A DNA stretch of 64,000 nt from Pseudomonadota bacterium (lineage in GTDB: Bacteria; Myxococcota; JACRCW01; JAFGSX01), in the NCBI GenBank assembly GCA_043821645.1, contig JBDRCO010000043.1:1-64000 (forward strand), read 5' to 3'. The position numbers were made by a program, and so were the translations under genes. Positions 30,321 to 40,656 of this stretch are shown piece by piece; the first letter of the stretch is position 1; each line of letters opens with the position of its first letter. The notes below the pieces were generated by a model that was given only the letters and a program-made list of their open reading frames with translations, did no database searches and was not told the DNA's origin.

Positions 30321-30458
30321 GCGCGAGACTCCTCGTTCCCCCGGGGGATCCGTGCGCGCGAGGATTGTAGCGAGCCGGCAGGGCCCGCACCAGCAGCTGG
30401 CCATGCCGATTGCCGCTGTGCGCCACATCATGCTATGGCCCGGGCCTTCGAGGTCATC

Positions 30459-30749
30459 ATGGCAGTGTCGAGGGACGAGATCGTGCACGTGGCCAGCCTG
30501 GCGCGGCTGAGCCTGACCGCGGCCGAGGCCGAAGCCCTGGGGCGGGACCTGAATCAGATCCTGGAGTATGTGCGCCAGCTCGAGGCTGTCGACGTCGACG
30601 GTGTGCTGCCCCTGACCCACGCCCAGGCACAGCCGATGACCCTGCGCGAGGATCTCGCACGCCCCTCCCCGGGCCAGGCCGCCCTCGCCAACGCCCCGGC
30701 CGTCGACGACGGCCTGGTGGCGGTGCCTCGCATCCTGGAGTCCACATGA
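30459..30749 (+). CDS. gatC: Asp/Glu-tRNA amidotransferase subunit C
   Basis: VHVASLARL, ILEYVRQL, LRED, NAP, VPRI. Confidence 0.95.
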   Translation: MAVSRDEIVHVASLARLSLTAAEAEALGRDLNQILEYVRQLEAVDVDGVLPLTHAQAQPMTLREDLARPSPGQAALANAPAVDDGLVAVPRILEST

Positions 30750-32221
30750 GCGGGCTCGCCGGACTCTCCCTGCACCAGGCCAGCGAAGGCCTGGCCAGCG
30801 GCGAGGTGACCAGCCTCGAGCTCACCGCGGCCTGCCTGCGGGCAGCCGAGGAGCACGCCGCTCTCAACGTGGTGCTGCAGTCCCTGGCCGAGTCCGCGCG
30901 CCGCGATGCTGCCGCCTCCGACGCCCGCCGCGCCCGGGGGGAGGGCCTGGGCCCCCTCGACGGCGTGCCCATCGGTCTCAAGGATAACCTGTGCACTGCC
31001 GGCGTGCGCACCACTTGCGGCTCGCGCATGCTCGAAAACCACGTCCCGGTGTACGACGCCACCGTGGTGCAGCGCCTGCGCGAGGCCGGCGCCGTGTTCG
31101 TGGGCAAGCTCAACCAGGACGAGTTTGCCTTTGGCTCGTCGTGCGAGAACAGCGCCTTTGGCCCCTGCCACAACCCCTGGGACCCGGCGCGGGTGCCGGG
31201 TGGATCGTCGGGTGGCTCCGCCGCTGCAGTGGCCGCGGGCCTGTGTCCGGGGAGCCTGGGCAGCGACACCGGCGGCTCCATTCGCCAGCCTGCCGCCCTG
31301 TGCGGCGTCACCGGGCTCAAACCCAGCTACGGCCGGGTGTCGCGCCTGGGCCTGGTGGCCTACGCCTCGTCGCTGGATCAGATCGGGCCCCTGGGGCACG
31401 GCGCCCTCGACGTGGCCATGCTGCTGCAGGCCATCGCGGGTCACGACCCGGGCGACGCGACCAGCCTCGACGAGGCGCTGCCAGACTACTCCGCCGCCGC
31501 GCGCGAGGACTGCCGTGGGTTGCGACTGGGCGTGGTGCGCTCGACCCTGGACAGCGCCGGTGTGGACCCTGCGGTGGCCCACGCGACCCGCGAGGCCATC
31601 GAGGTCTGGCGCGGCCTGGGCTGCCACATCGTCGACGTCGAGCTGCAGCATCTGCAGCATGCCATCGCCTGCTACTACCTGGTGGCCACGGCCGAGGCCT
31701 CGAGCAACCTGGCGCGCTTCGACGGCGTGCGCTACGGCCTGCGCGTGGATCCCGGCCGCGGCCTCAACGCGCTGTACACCGAGACCCGCAGCCAGGGCTT
31801 CGGCGCCGAGGCCAAGCGACGCATCCTCCTGGGCACCTACGCCCTGAGTGCGGGCTACTACGACGCCTACTACCTGCGCGCGCAGAAGGTGCGCAGCCTC
31901 ATCGCCCGGGACCACGCCGCCGCTTTTTCCCGGGTCGACGCCATCGTCACGCCCACCACACCCACGCCGGCCTTCGCCCTGGGGGAGAAGATCGCGGACC
32001 CGCTGACCATGTACCTGTGCGATGTGTACACGGTGCCTGCCAACCTGGCGGGACTGCCGGCCTTGAGCCTGCCCAGCGGCTTTTGCGAACACCCGCGACC
32101 GCTTCCCCTGGGCGTGCAGCTGGTGGGTCGCCACCTCGACGAGGCGACGCTGCTGCGGCTGGCCGGCGCGTACCAGCGCGTCACCGACTTTCACGCCCGT
32201 CGCCCGCAGGGGGGCGCATGA
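30746..32221 (+). CDS. gatA: Asp/Glu-tRNA amidotransferase subunit A
   Basis: Amidase signature GGSSGGSAAAVA, GSDTGGSIRQPA, SSNLARFDG, RRILLGTYALSAGYYDAYY. Confidence 0.97.
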   Translation: MSGLAGLSLHQASEGLASGEVTSLELTAACLRAAEEHAALNVVLQSLAESARRDAAASDARRARGEGLGPLDGVPIGLKDNLCTAGVRTTCGSRMLENHVPVYDATVVQRLREAGAVFVGKLNQDEFAFGSSCENSAFGPCHNPWDPARVPGGSSGGSAAAVAAGLCPGSLGSDTGGSIRQPAALCGVTGLKPSYGRVSRLGLVAYASSLDQIGPLGHGALDVAMLLQAIAGHDPGDATSLDEALPDYSAAAREDCRGLRLGVVRSTLDSAGVDPAVAHATREAIEVWRGLGCHIVDVELQHLQHAIACYYLVATAEASSNLARFDGVRYGLRVDPGRGLNALYTETRSQGFGAEAKRRILLGTYALSAGYYDAYYLRAQKVRSLIARDHAAAFSRVDAIVTPTTPTPAFALGEKIADPLTMYLCDVYTVPANLAGLPALSLPSGFCEHPRPLPLGVQLVGRHLDEATLLRLAGAYQRVTDFHARRPQGGA

Positions 32222-33678
32222 GTGACGGCAGCGACAGGGGCTACGAGGCCGTGATCGGACTCGAGGTGCACGCCCAGCTCCTCACGCAGACCAAGATCTT
32301 CTGCGGCTGCGCCAACCACTTTGGCGACCCGCCCAATCACAACGTGTGCCCGGTCTGCCTCGGACACCCCGGCGCCCTGCCCGTGCTCAACCGTCGTGCG
32401 GTCGAGCTGGCCATTCGCTTCGGTCTGGCCGTGGGCGCGCAGGTGGCACCGCGCAGCGTGTTCGCGCGCAAGAACTACTTTTACCCCGACCTGCCCAAGG
32501 GCTATCAGATCAGCCAGTTCGACCTGCCCATCTGCGTGGGGGGTGCTCTCGACGTCGAGGTCGACGGAGCGATCCGGCACATCGGGCTGGTGCGCGCGCA
32601 CCTCGAGGAAGACGCCGGCAAGAACCTGCACGATCACGGCACCGCGGCACGCAGCCACGTCGATTTCAACCGGGCGGGTACGCCACTGCTCGAGATCGTG
32701 AGCGCGCCGGATCTGCGCAGCAGCGCCGAGGCCGTGGCGTACCTCAAGGCGCTGCACGGCCTGGTGGTGCAGCTCGATCTGTGCGACGGCAACATGCAGG
32801 AGGGCTCGTTTCGCTGCGACGCCAACGTGTCGGTGCGGCCGCGCGGTCAGCACACCCTGGGGACCCGCACCGAGCTGAAGAACCTGAACAGCTTTCGCTT
32901 CATTGGCCTCGCCCTGGAGCACGAGATCGCACGCCAGATCGACCTCGTGACCGCCGGCGGCGAGGTCCGGCTGGAGACCCGTCTGTACGACGAGGCCACG
33001 CGCAGCACGCGACCCATGCGCAGCAAAGAGGAGTCGCACGACTACCGCTATTTTCCCGACCCGGACCTGTTGCCCCTGGACCTCGCCGAGGACTGGATCG
33101 ACGCCCTGCGTGCCAGCCAGCCCGAGCTGCCCGCGGCTCGGCGGGCACGCTACCTGGGCCTGGGTGTGGCGGAACAGGATGCCACCCAGCTCGCCGAGGA
33201 CAGGTCGGCAGCGCGTTACTTCGACGCGGTGATCGCCCTGCGTCCTTTGGACTCGCGCGGCGCGGCCAACTGGGTGCTCAACGAGGTGCTGCGGGCGAGC
33301 AAGCAGGCTGGTGTCGATGCCGAGGCCTGCCCTGTGCCACCCGCGGCCGTCGCGGGGATCCTGGACATGCTGCAGCAGCGTCGCATCTCCAGCACCGTGG
33401 CGAGGGACGTCTTCGCCCGGATCGAGGCAGGCCACGGTACAGATCCCACCCGCATCGTCGAACAGCAGGGTTGGGGGCTGGTGCAGGACAGCAAGGCCCT
33501 GGCTCAGGCGGTACAGCGCGTCCTCGACCAGCATCCGTCCCAGGTCGCGAGCTATCGCGCAGGCAAGACGCAGGTCCTGGGTTTCCTGATGGGCCAGGTG
33601 ATGCGGAGCATGCAGGGCAAGGCCGACGCCCGCGCGGTCAACGCCCTGCTGCGCGACTTGCTCGACCAACAGCCGTGA
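32218..33678 (+). CDS. gatB: Asp/Glu-tRNA amidotransferase subunit B
   Basis: VIGLEVHAQL, RKNYFYPDLPKGYQISQ, HLEEDAGK, RCDANVSVR, DYRYFPDPDL. ATGA overlap with gatA. Confidence 0.97.
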   Translation: MSDGSDRGYEAVIGLEVHAQLLTQTKIFCGCANHFGDPPNHNVCPVCLGHPGALPVLNRRAVELAIRFGLAVGAQVAPRSVFARKNYFYPDLPKGYQISQFDLPICVGGALDVEVDGAIRHIGLVRAHLEEDAGKNLHDHGTAARSHVDFNRAGTPLLEIVSAPDLRSSAEAVAYLKALHGLVVQLDLCDGNMQEGSFRCDANVSVRPRGQHTLGTRTELKNLNSFRFIGLALEHEIARQIDLVTAGGEVRLETRLYDEATRSTRPMRSKEESHDYRYFPDPDLLPLDLAEDWIDALRASQPELPAARRARYLGLGVAEQDATQLAEDRSAARYFDAVIALRPLDSRGAANWVLNEVLRASKQAGVDAEACPVPPAAVAGILDMLQQRRISSTVARDVFARIEAGHGTDPTRIVEQQGWGLVQDSKALAQAVQRVLDQHPSQVASYRAGKTQVLGFLMGQVMRSMQGKADARAVNALLRDLLDQQP

Positions 33679-33708
33679 GGGGACGCAGGGGCAGGAAACC
33701 GCGGCTCG

Positions 33709-34863
33709 TCAGCGCCGGCGCGAACGCCGTGGGGATCGTCCCTTTTGCTCCTGCGCCGCGCGGTTGTCCTTGAGCACCCGGCAACCCTCGGCATTCCCCA
33801 TCTCGCAGGCGCGGCGCGCGTCCTCGAGGGCGGTGGTGAAGTCCCCGCTCTTGACGGCGATCGCAGCCCGCAGCTGATAGGCGCGGCCCTTCTGGTAGCC
33901 AGGTTCCAGCGCGATGAGCCGGGTGAGGGTGGTCGAGGCCTCGTCGCTGCGACCGAGTTCCAGCGCGGTGGTCGCGACCAGCATGAGGGCCTCTGGATTC
34001 TTGTCGTCCAGCTTTGACCAGCGCACGAAATCGGCCAGGGCCTTGTTGCCATCCCCGAGCGCCAGCCGGGCCAGAGCACGGCCTCGATATCCCTCGGCCA
34101 GGTCGGGATCCGTGCCCAGGGCGCGCTCGAACTCCGCCAGGGCTTGAGCGTACTGCTTGGCCTCGAGCGCCCTGGTGCCGGCGGCGATGGCCAGCGGCGC
34201 GGCCTGCATCTGCTGGGCCTCGGCGAGGGCCGCGACCAGCTCCGCTGCCGTGCGCAGGCGCACACGCCCCTCGACCTCGATCTCGACGGGGACCTCGCGC
34301 CTGGCGTCGCCCGCGACCACGAACAGCGCCGGGAACACGGTGACCTGGTAGCGCACGGACAGCGGGACCTCGGCCGAATCGGGCTGGACCCGGACGTGAA
34401 CCTTGAGCGCGCTCTCGATGGCTTTGAGCGCCTGGGCGTCACCGAGCACGCTCGCGGCAAATTCCCGGCAGCGCACGCAGCCCGGCTGGTCAAAGTACAC
34501 CACCATGATCTGGGGCGACGTGGACTGCAGGGTGTGCGCGAGCTCGTGGCCAGCGGCCCCCTGCAGCCAGGAGCCAAGAAAGCGCGGATCCCTGTCCAGG
34601 ATGACACGGGTCACCAGGATGCCAGTCAAGATCAGCGCCACGGCTGCGACGCCGATCAGGGCCAGCAACAAGGGCCGTCGGTTGGAGGTCTTCTCGATGC
34701 TGGCAGCGTGGCGAGCGCTCAGCTCCGAGCGCTGGTTGGGGGTGAGGAACTTGGCGAGCACCAGACCGCAGCGCGGACACTCGGCTCCGGTCACCTGGGT
34801 GAAGCCGCAGCTGGGACAGGTCTCGTAGGTCCCTCGCACTCGCTTGTCACGGACGGGGCCCAT
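33709..34863 (-). CDS. Zinc-ribbon / TM / thioredoxin-like (CxxC) / TPR protein
   Basis: CPSC...CPRC at the N-terminus, a TM segment, YFDQPGCVRC and YQVTVFPALFV (Trx fold), then TPRs ending ACEMGNAEGC. Confidence 0.75.
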   Translation of the reverse strand: MGPVRDKRVRGTYETCPSCGFTQVTGAECPRCGLVLAKFLTPNQRSELSARHAASIEKTSNRRPLLLALIGVAAVALILTGILVTRVILDRDPRFLGSWLQGAAGHELAHTLQSTSPQIMVVYFDQPGCVRCREFAASVLGDAQALKAIESALKVHVRVQPDSAEVPLSVRYQVTVFPALFVVAGDARREVPVEIEVEGRVRLRTAAELVAALAEAQQMQAAPLAIAAGTRALEAKQYAQALAEFERALGTDPDLAEGYRGRALARLALGDGNKALADFVRWSKLDDKNPEALMLVATTALELGRSDEASTTLTRLIALEPGYQKGRAYQLRAAIAVKSGDFTTALEDARRACEMGNAEGCRVLKDNRAAQEQKGRSPRRSRRR

Positions 34864-35085
34864 GGCGCCATTGTAGGTGCGGGGCGCACGTCGACACAAG
34901 TTTGTGTTCGCACCGAGCCTCGAGGCAGCAGCGAGTGCGCCGTGCACACCCCGTCCAGGACCGATTGTGGCTTGAGCCCAGTCGTCCCGCATGCTCCTGT
35001 TGGGCCCAGCGCCGCCTACCCTGGTGCCAACCGCCAGGGGTTCTGGAGGGGCTGGGCGCTGGACACCACTGCGAGAGGTTTGCCG

Positions 35086-36144
35086 ATGTACATCGAAAGC
35101 ACCATCCAGGCCGTCGGCTACGACGCGGCCACGGGCACCCTGCTGCTGCTCGACCAGACGCGCATCCCGGCCGAGGAGCGGACGCTGCGCCTCGAGGACG
35201 TGGACGCCATCTGCGAGGCCATCTACATGCTGCGGGTGCGCGGCGCGCCGGCCATAGGCGTGGCCGCGGCCTACGGCATCTGCGCTGTGGCGCGCCACAG
35301 CGAGGCACACAGCGTCGAGGATCTGCGTGCGGACGTCGAGAGCAAGGCCGCGCAGATCGAAGCCACACGCCCCACCGCGATCAACCTGCGCGCCGCGGTG
35401 CAGCGCCTGCGGCCCCTGTGGCAGCGCGGCGTGACCGGCCGCGAGCAGTTGCTGCAGGCCCTGGAGGCCGAGGCCCGGGCCCTGGATCGCTACGAGATCG
35501 AGGCCAGCCAGGCCATGGGCCAGCATGCCTTCGAGATCTTCGGCGACGGCGACGGCGTGATCACGCACTGCAACACCGGCGCCCTCGCTGCGCCAGGCAT
35601 CGGCACGGCCCTGGGAACGGTGCTGTGGGCCCTGCGCCACGGCAAGCGGCTGCGCGTGTTCGCCGACGAGACGCGCCCCCTGTTGCAGGGCGGCCGGCTC
35701 ACGACCTGGGAGTGCCTCAAGAACGACATCCCCTGCACCCTCATCACCGACAACATGGCGGCGGTGGTGCTGCGCGATCGCAAGGTGCAGCTCGCCATCG
35801 TCGGCTCGGACCGCATCGCGGCCAACGGCGACGCCGCCAACAAGATCGGCACCTATGGCCTGGCCGTGCTGTGCAAGCACCACGGAGTGCCGTTCTACAT
35901 CGCAGCCCCCATGACCACGGTGGACTTCGAGTGCCCCACCGGCGCCGAGATCCCCATCGAGCAGCGCAGGCCCGAGGAGGTGCGCGGCGCCTTCGGCACC
36001 ACCTGGGCACCCGAGGCTGTCGACGTGTTCAATCCGGCCTTCGACGTCACCCCGGGCGAGCTCATCGCCGGCATCGTCACCGACCGCGGACTCGCGCGAC
36101 CGCCCTACACGGCGAGCCTGGCGGCCATGCGGTCAGACGGATAG
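35086..36144 (+). CDS. mtnA: S-methyl-5-thioribose-1-phosphate isomerase
   Basis: LLDQTRIP, VRGAPAIG, TRPTAINL, THCNTGALA, DETRPLLQG, ANKIGTY, NPAFDVTP. Confidence 0.96.
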   Translation: MYIESTIQAVGYDAATGTLLLLDQTRIPAEERTLRLEDVDAICEAIYMLRVRGAPAIGVAAAYGICAVARHSEAHSVEDLRADVESKAAQIEATRPTAINLRAAVQRLRPLWQRGVTGREQLLQALEAEARALDRYEIEASQAMGQHAFEIFGDGDGVITHCNTGALAAPGIGTALGTVLWALRHGKRLRVFADETRPLLQGGRLTTWECLKNDIPCTLITDNMAAVVLRDRKVQLAIVGSDRIAANGDAANKIGTYGLAVLCKHHGVPFYIAAPMTTVDFECPTGAEIPIEQRRPEEVRGAFGTTWAPEAVDVFNPAFDVTPGELIAGIVTDRGLARPPYTASLAAMRSDG

Positions 36145-36163
36145 GTGCTGGCGCGACGCGCGC

Positions 36164-36805
36164 CTACTCGAGGGTGATGACCACGGTGCCCTTGTCGGAA
36201 TTGAGCAGCGTGTAGATCAGCACGCCCGCTCCCACACCGCCGCCGACCAGCAATGCGGCACCGCCGGCCACGCCGCCCCAGAACCAGGGGCTCTCGAACA
36301 CCGAGCTGTCCTCGTCGACCTGCCCGACGCGGCCACCCTCGCCACCGACCTGGACCTCGTGCACGTCATCATCCACCGGTCGGCGCCCGGAACCCTGCTC
36401 GGCCTGCAGGTCCTCGTCGATCCAGGGCTTGTCGGGGTCCGTTGCCGCAGCACCGTCGGGCTCGATGACGGGCGTGTGCGCCGAACCTGCGTCGCCACGG
36501 TCGTCGGGCGGAGGCGTCAGATCTTCGTCGGGTCCGGGCGGCGTCACCGGTGTGCGATCTGGCTTGGGCTCCGGCTTCGGCTCCGGCTTGGGCTTGGGCT
36601 CCGGCTTGGGCTCCGGCTTCGGCTTCGGCTTGGGATCCGGCGTGACCGCGGGATCGTCCTCGTCGCCATCGGGCAGGTCGAGCTCACCATCGGGCAACTC
36701 GTCCTGCACCGCCACTGCGGGTAGCCTGTCCCACTGTGCTCTGGCTGCAGGCGCCAGGACCAAGGCCAGACCCACCAGCCACGTCGTCATGCTTCGCGGG
36801 CTCAC
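36164..36805 (-). CDS. Secreted/membrane-anchored low-complexity protein (PKPE repeats, C-terminal WFWGG TM)
   Basis: Signal peptide, acidic Pro-rich body, PWFWGGVAGG TM. GTGA overlap with the upstream kelch gene. Confidence 0.7.
   Translation of the reverse strand: MSPRSMTTWLVGLALVLAPAARAQWDRLPAVAVQDELPDGELDLPDGDEDDPAVTPDPKPKPKPEPKPEPKPKPEPKPEPKPDRTPVTPPGPDEDLTPPPDDRGDAGSAHTPVIEPDGAAATDPDKPWIDEDLQAEQGSGRRPVDDDVHEVQVGGEGGRVGQVDEDSSVFESPWFWGGVAGGAALLVGGGVGAGVLIYTLLNSDKGTVVITLE
36560..36635. repeat. Short tandem repeat encoding PKPKPKPEPKPEPKPKPEPKPEPKP
   Basis: Mixed GGCTTG/GGCTCC/GGCTTC hexamer array. Confidence 0.85.
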
Positions 36806-38508
36806 AGCTGCGGCTCCAGTTTGTCAGTGTAGATCTCGGCGGTATCCACCACCATGTGATTGCCGTTGCCGTCCTTGTCTTCACCACCGATGGCGACCAC
36901 CGCGCCACCACCGACGTGCACCAGGGACAGACCGCCCCGCGCCTGGCGCAGCAGCACGGACTCCTCGGCCACGGTGATGTCGGGCATGAAGCCACCCTGC
37001 TGCCCGCTGTCACCCGCCGCGTCGAAGATATCGAAGCGGTTGGAGGGTGTCAGACCAAGGTCGCGATACCCTCCGGCGAAGAACCCTCGCCCGTCGACAC
37101 CCAGGGGCACGGCCTCGTGCAGCAGGCGCGGGCCACCCATGCGAAAGGGCGGGCCCCCCACCGAATTTCCGATGGTCTCGATGTAGTTGGCGTACAGGAA
37201 GGCGCTGTCGGTCGGCGGCAGGAACTGCAATGGCAGGGTGCTGCCATCGCGCAGGAGGCCGCCGGCAATGACCACACCGTAGGATCCAATACGCGTCGCC
37301 GCGGCAAAGAACAGGTTGCTGGCCGGACCCGCACCGCCGACCGGGTTGCCGACGTCGACCGCCACAAAAGCGGGTTCTCCACGCGCATCGAGGTCAGGAC
37401 GCCACCACTCCGGGCACTGGGTCACGCCCGCCGAATCGCAGCTGGTGCCACTGGCCCCGGCGTCGGTGACGCCGCCCCACACGAACACGCGCCCGTCGTC
37501 GAGCAGGGTCGCGGTGTGGCCGATGCGGGGGTAGCGCATGGGCGAGCTCGAGGTGCAGACCACCTGCCCACCCGCGACCTGGCACAGCGCGGTCTTCTTG
37601 CTCGCGTCCGCGGCCGAGACCTGGGCGCCACCGCCGGCGATGAGCAGGCGGCCGTCGTCGAGGCGGGTGACGGTGTGAAACACGCGAGGCACGAAGTCCG
37701 GATCGTCGGGCCCGGCGCTGAAGCTGCTGGTGACCGGATCGAAGATCTCCATCGCCACCCGGTGCAGCGAGGGCACCAGGGGGAAGGACTGCGCCGGGTC
37801 GTAGCGCAGCTCGCCGGCGCCACCCACCAGCAGCACGCGCCCGTCGGACAGCAGGGCGGCCTTGTGCAGACCGCGCGCCTCGATCAGATCCCCCACCGAG
37901 CTGAAGGTGCCCTTGAAGGGATCGTAGATCTCGGCGGTGGGCGTGGCCGTGTACTTGCGGCAATTCGGGCTGGTATCGGGACAGTTGACGTTGGCGATCT
38001 CGAAGAAGCCGCCCGCGAGCAGCACGCGCCCGTCCGCAAGGGGAGTGGCGCTGGCGAAAACGCGGCCGCTGGTCATGGGCGAGCGCGAGCAGGTCATGGC
38101 CGCCAGACGCGTGATCAGCACCCCGACCTCGGTCTGCTGACCCGCCTCGATGTTGACGCCGAGGTGCACGCCGCGCCACAGCCCGACCTTGCCGAGCAGC
38201 CCGTTGACCTGGATGTTGCGGCCCGTGCCCGCCTGCACGCCATCGAGCTGCAGGCGCGCCTTGTCCGCCAGATCGACGGTGGGGAAGTCCTTGCGCAGGG
38301 CCGCCTGGCCGGGTGCGGTCACCTGCACCCGGAAGGTATCGATCTCGGCGGTGTAGTTGGGCTTGGCCACCGGCTGCGACGGGCACGGCCCCTCGATGCT
38401 GCGCGGCAGGTAGCCAAAGCGTGCACGGAAGCTCAACCCATCGTCGGGGGTACAGCCCCACAGGCTGAGCGCGAGCAGTGTGGTCCCCACCCTGGTGACA
38501 ACATGCAT
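36802..38508 (-). CDS. Kelch-repeat beta-propeller lipoprotein
   Basis: Lipobox LWGC. Repeats of HxATxLxDGRVLxxGG...AEIYDP (DGRVLLAGG, DGRVLLVGG, DGRLLIAGG, DGRVFVWGG). Confidence 0.85.
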   Translation of the reverse strand: MHVVTRVGTTLLALSLWGCTPDDGLSFRARFGYLPRSIEGPCPSQPVAKPNYTAEIDTFRVQVTAPGQAALRKDFPTVDLADKARLQLDGVQAGTGRNIQVNGLLGKVGLWRGVHLGVNIEAGQQTEVGVLITRLAAMTCSRSPMTSGRVFASATPLADGRVLLAGGFFEIANVNCPDTSPNCRKYTATPTAEIYDPFKGTFSSVGDLIEARGLHKAALLSDGRVLLVGGAGELRYDPAQSFPLVPSLHRVAMEIFDPVTSSFSAGPDDPDFVPRVFHTVTRLDDGRLLIAGGGAQVSAADASKKTALCQVAGGQVVCTSSSPMRYPRIGHTATLLDDGRVFVWGGVTDAGASGTSCDSAGVTQCPEWWRPDLDARGEPAFVAVDVGNPVGGAGPASNLFFAAATRIGSYGVVIAGGLLRDGSTLPLQFLPPTDSAFLYANYIETIGNSVGGPPFRMGGPRLLHEAVPLGVDGRGFFAGGYRDLGLTPSNRFDIFDAAGDSGQQGGFMPDITVAEESVLLRQARGGLSLVHVGGGAVVAIGGEDKDGNGNHMVVDTAEIYTDKLEPQL

Positions 38509-38650
38509 GAGCCTGCCTCGTCGCGTTGCGGCCAGGCGATCGTGCCCGGTCCACGCGTCCATTCTCGACGCCAGCGCCACGCCCTGGCCTGCCGCTTCCA
38601 TACCACGCTGGCCGGGCCGTCGCCACAACCTGCGGACGCGCCGCCTGGCA

Positions 38651-40009
38651 TCAGCGGGCGGTGCCGAAGATGTCGACCCGCTTGAACTGCCCGCCCCGGA
38701 CGCGCAGGTAAAATCCCAGCGCGATCAAGGCGTAGCACAGCGAGGCCGCCGCCCACAGCTCGACCACCTGGCCATGCCCCAGGGCGTTCATGGCCGTCAC
38801 CAGCGGCACGGCCACCAGCCACACCACGCCCATGGAATAGATCATGGGGAAGCGGGTGTCGCCGCCGCCGGTCATCACGCCATTACCAACGATCTGCAGG
38901 CCGTCAAAGATCTGAAATACCGCTGCGGCCGTCGCCAGGCCGCCCGCCAGCGCCAGCACCTCGGGGTCGACGCTGAACAGGCGGAACAGGTACGAGCCAA
39001 AACCCAGCAGCAGCAGCGCACAGGGCGCCAGGTAGGCCAGGGCCACCAGGTAGGTCTCGCGGGCATAGCGGCCTGCCTTGTCCGGATTTTTTTCACCCAG
39101 GGCATTGCCCACCAGCACGCTCACCGCCTGGCTCAGCCCGTACAGCGGCATGAAGGAAAAACTCAGAAGCTGCACCACGATCTGACTCGCGGCCAGGGAC
39201 GCCACGCCGGCGCGGCCGACGATGGAGGTGAACACCGCGAAGAAGACCATGTCCAGAAAGCCCTGCACGCTGGCGGGCATGCCGACCCGCAACAGGTCGC
39301 GGAGCTGCCCGGCGTGTGGTGGGCGCGGGACATGGATGAGGTAGCGCGCGCGGTGAGCGGCGGGGAGCAGGGTTGCTGCCAGCAGGAACAGCGCCTGCAC
39401 CCAGGTGGCGACGCTGGTGGCGATGGCCGCGCCGTCGAGGCCGGAGGCCGCGATGCCCAGCGACGACACGCCGAAGATCAGCATGACATCGAGCACCACG
39501 TTGACCACGTTGGCCACGATGCCAGCCCACATCGGTGTGGTCACATCCTTGCGGCCCTGGAAGAAGCCCGCGAGACAGAAGGCCAGCTGGTTGCCCACGG
39601 CACTCAGACCGCGCAGCTTGAGGTAGCGGTGCGTGGCGTCCTCGACCGCGGGGCCATTGCCTGTCCACCACAGGAACAGGTCGCTGTGCCAGCACACGAG
39701 GGTGAGCAGCAGTCCCGCGGCCAGCGCCAGGTAGGTGCTCTGCCAGGTGTAGTCGCCGATCGCGCGGTCGTCACCGCGGCCGTTGGCCTGAGAGACAAAG
39801 GTGGCGTTGATGCGCGAGAGGTTGTTGAACAGCGAGTACAGGGTCCAGCCGATGATGCCGCCCAGCCCGGCGGCGCCCTGGGCCAGGCTCGACACGCGGC
39901 CGAGCAGGGCCGTGTCCACGGTCCACATCAGGGTCATGGACAGCATGGTCACCACCGTCGGGGTGGCCAAGCGAAAGATCTCGGAGCCGTGTTGAAGCTT
40001 GAAGCGCAT
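38651..40009 (-). CDS. MATE-family efflux transporter
   Basis: 12-TM pattern, VDTALLGR, NVVLDVMLIFG, GAAIATS, FDGLQIV, GGGDTRFP. Confidence 0.92.
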   Translation of the reverse strand: MRFKLQHGSEIFRLATPTVVTMLSMTLMWTVDTALLGRVSSLAQGAAGLGGIIGWTLYSLFNNLSRINATFVSQANGRGDDRAIGDYTWQSTYLALAAGLLLTLVCWHSDLFLWWTGNGPAVEDATHRYLKLRGLSAVGNQLAFCLAGFFQGRKDVTTPMWAGIVANVVNVVLDVMLIFGVSSLGIAASGLDGAAIATSVATWVQALFLLAATLLPAAHRARYLIHVPRPPHAGQLRDLLRVGMPASVQGFLDMVFFAVFTSIVGRAGVASLAASQIVVQLLSFSFMPLYGLSQAVSVLVGNALGEKNPDKAGRYARETYLVALAYLAPCALLLLGFGSYLFRLFSVDPEVLALAGGLATAAAVFQIFDGLQIVGNGVMTGGGDTRFPMIYSMGVVWLVAVPLVTAMNALGHGQVVELWAAASLCYALIALGFYLRVRGGQFKRVDIFGTAR

Positions 40010-40062
40010 GGGCCTCTGCGGGGTGCGGACGCTCGGATCGCGAGCAGCATGGTCGGTTCGGA

Positions 40063-40512
40063 TCAGGAATCCTCGACCCCCGCGTCGCTGTGAATGCAGC
40101 GCTGCTCACCGTCGCAGCGCAGACCTGGCTGGCACGGCCACTGCGCGCAGCTCGCGCCCGCAGCCCCGAGGCACCAGGATCCGTCGTCGAGCTCGGGCTG
40201 CGCGCCACAGCTCCGTTGCCCGGCTGCGCAGTCGACGCGCACGGGTTCACCGTCGTCACACCAGCGCAGCACCGCCCCGTCCTCGCAGCGCCCCAGCACG
40301 CCGAGGCCGTCGCAGCCAGACGCCGCATCCGGCGGGGACCAGGGCAGGTCGGGCTGCGGACTCACGTCGAAGGGCACGCTGTGATCCCGGCCTCGCGCGT
40401 CGGCGTTCGAGCCTCCACCGTCGGTGGTCTCGCCGTCCGGGCAGGCGGCGGCGGCGAGCACCAGCAGACCCGCCACCCCGATATGCCAGCAGGGCCTGTG
40501 CCTGAACGCCAT
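40063..40512 (-). CDS. Small Cys-rich lipoprotein
   Basis: Lipobox LAAAAC, GCDGLGVLGRCEDG...WC...DC motif typical of myxobacterial disulfide domains. Confidence 0.65.
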   Translation of the reverse strand: MAFRHRPCWHIGVAGLLVLAAAACPDGETTDGGGSNADARGRDHSVPFDVSPQPDLPWSPPDAASGCDGLGVLGRCEDGAVLRWCDDGEPVRVDCAAGQRSCGAQPELDDGSWCLGAAGASCAQWPCQPGLRCDGEQRCIHSDAGVEDS

Positions 40513-40656
40513 GTCCGCGCTCTCCCTCGCTCGCGACGCTGCTCGCGCGTGGCCCGTCCGATGGCCGTGCTGTGCTATACCTGAGCCAGGCGCCCAGATC
40601 CCGCACAAACCGAAGCGCGGCGACGGAGACGGCGGGCGCTGGGCCTGGGGAGCGCG

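Noticed and set aside
30991-32217. Apparent 409-aa N-terminal extension of GatB (similar extensions appear on gatC, gatA, mtnA and accC ORFs)
   Set aside because: These extensions overlap neighbouring real genes in other frames or on the other strand. True starts are defined by RBS or ATGA overlaps and by family N-termini.
11735-36144. Functional link between the spermidine-synthase-like gene and mtnA (MTA salvage)
   Set aside because: They are about 21 kb apart in unrelated transcription units, with no evidence of co-regulation.
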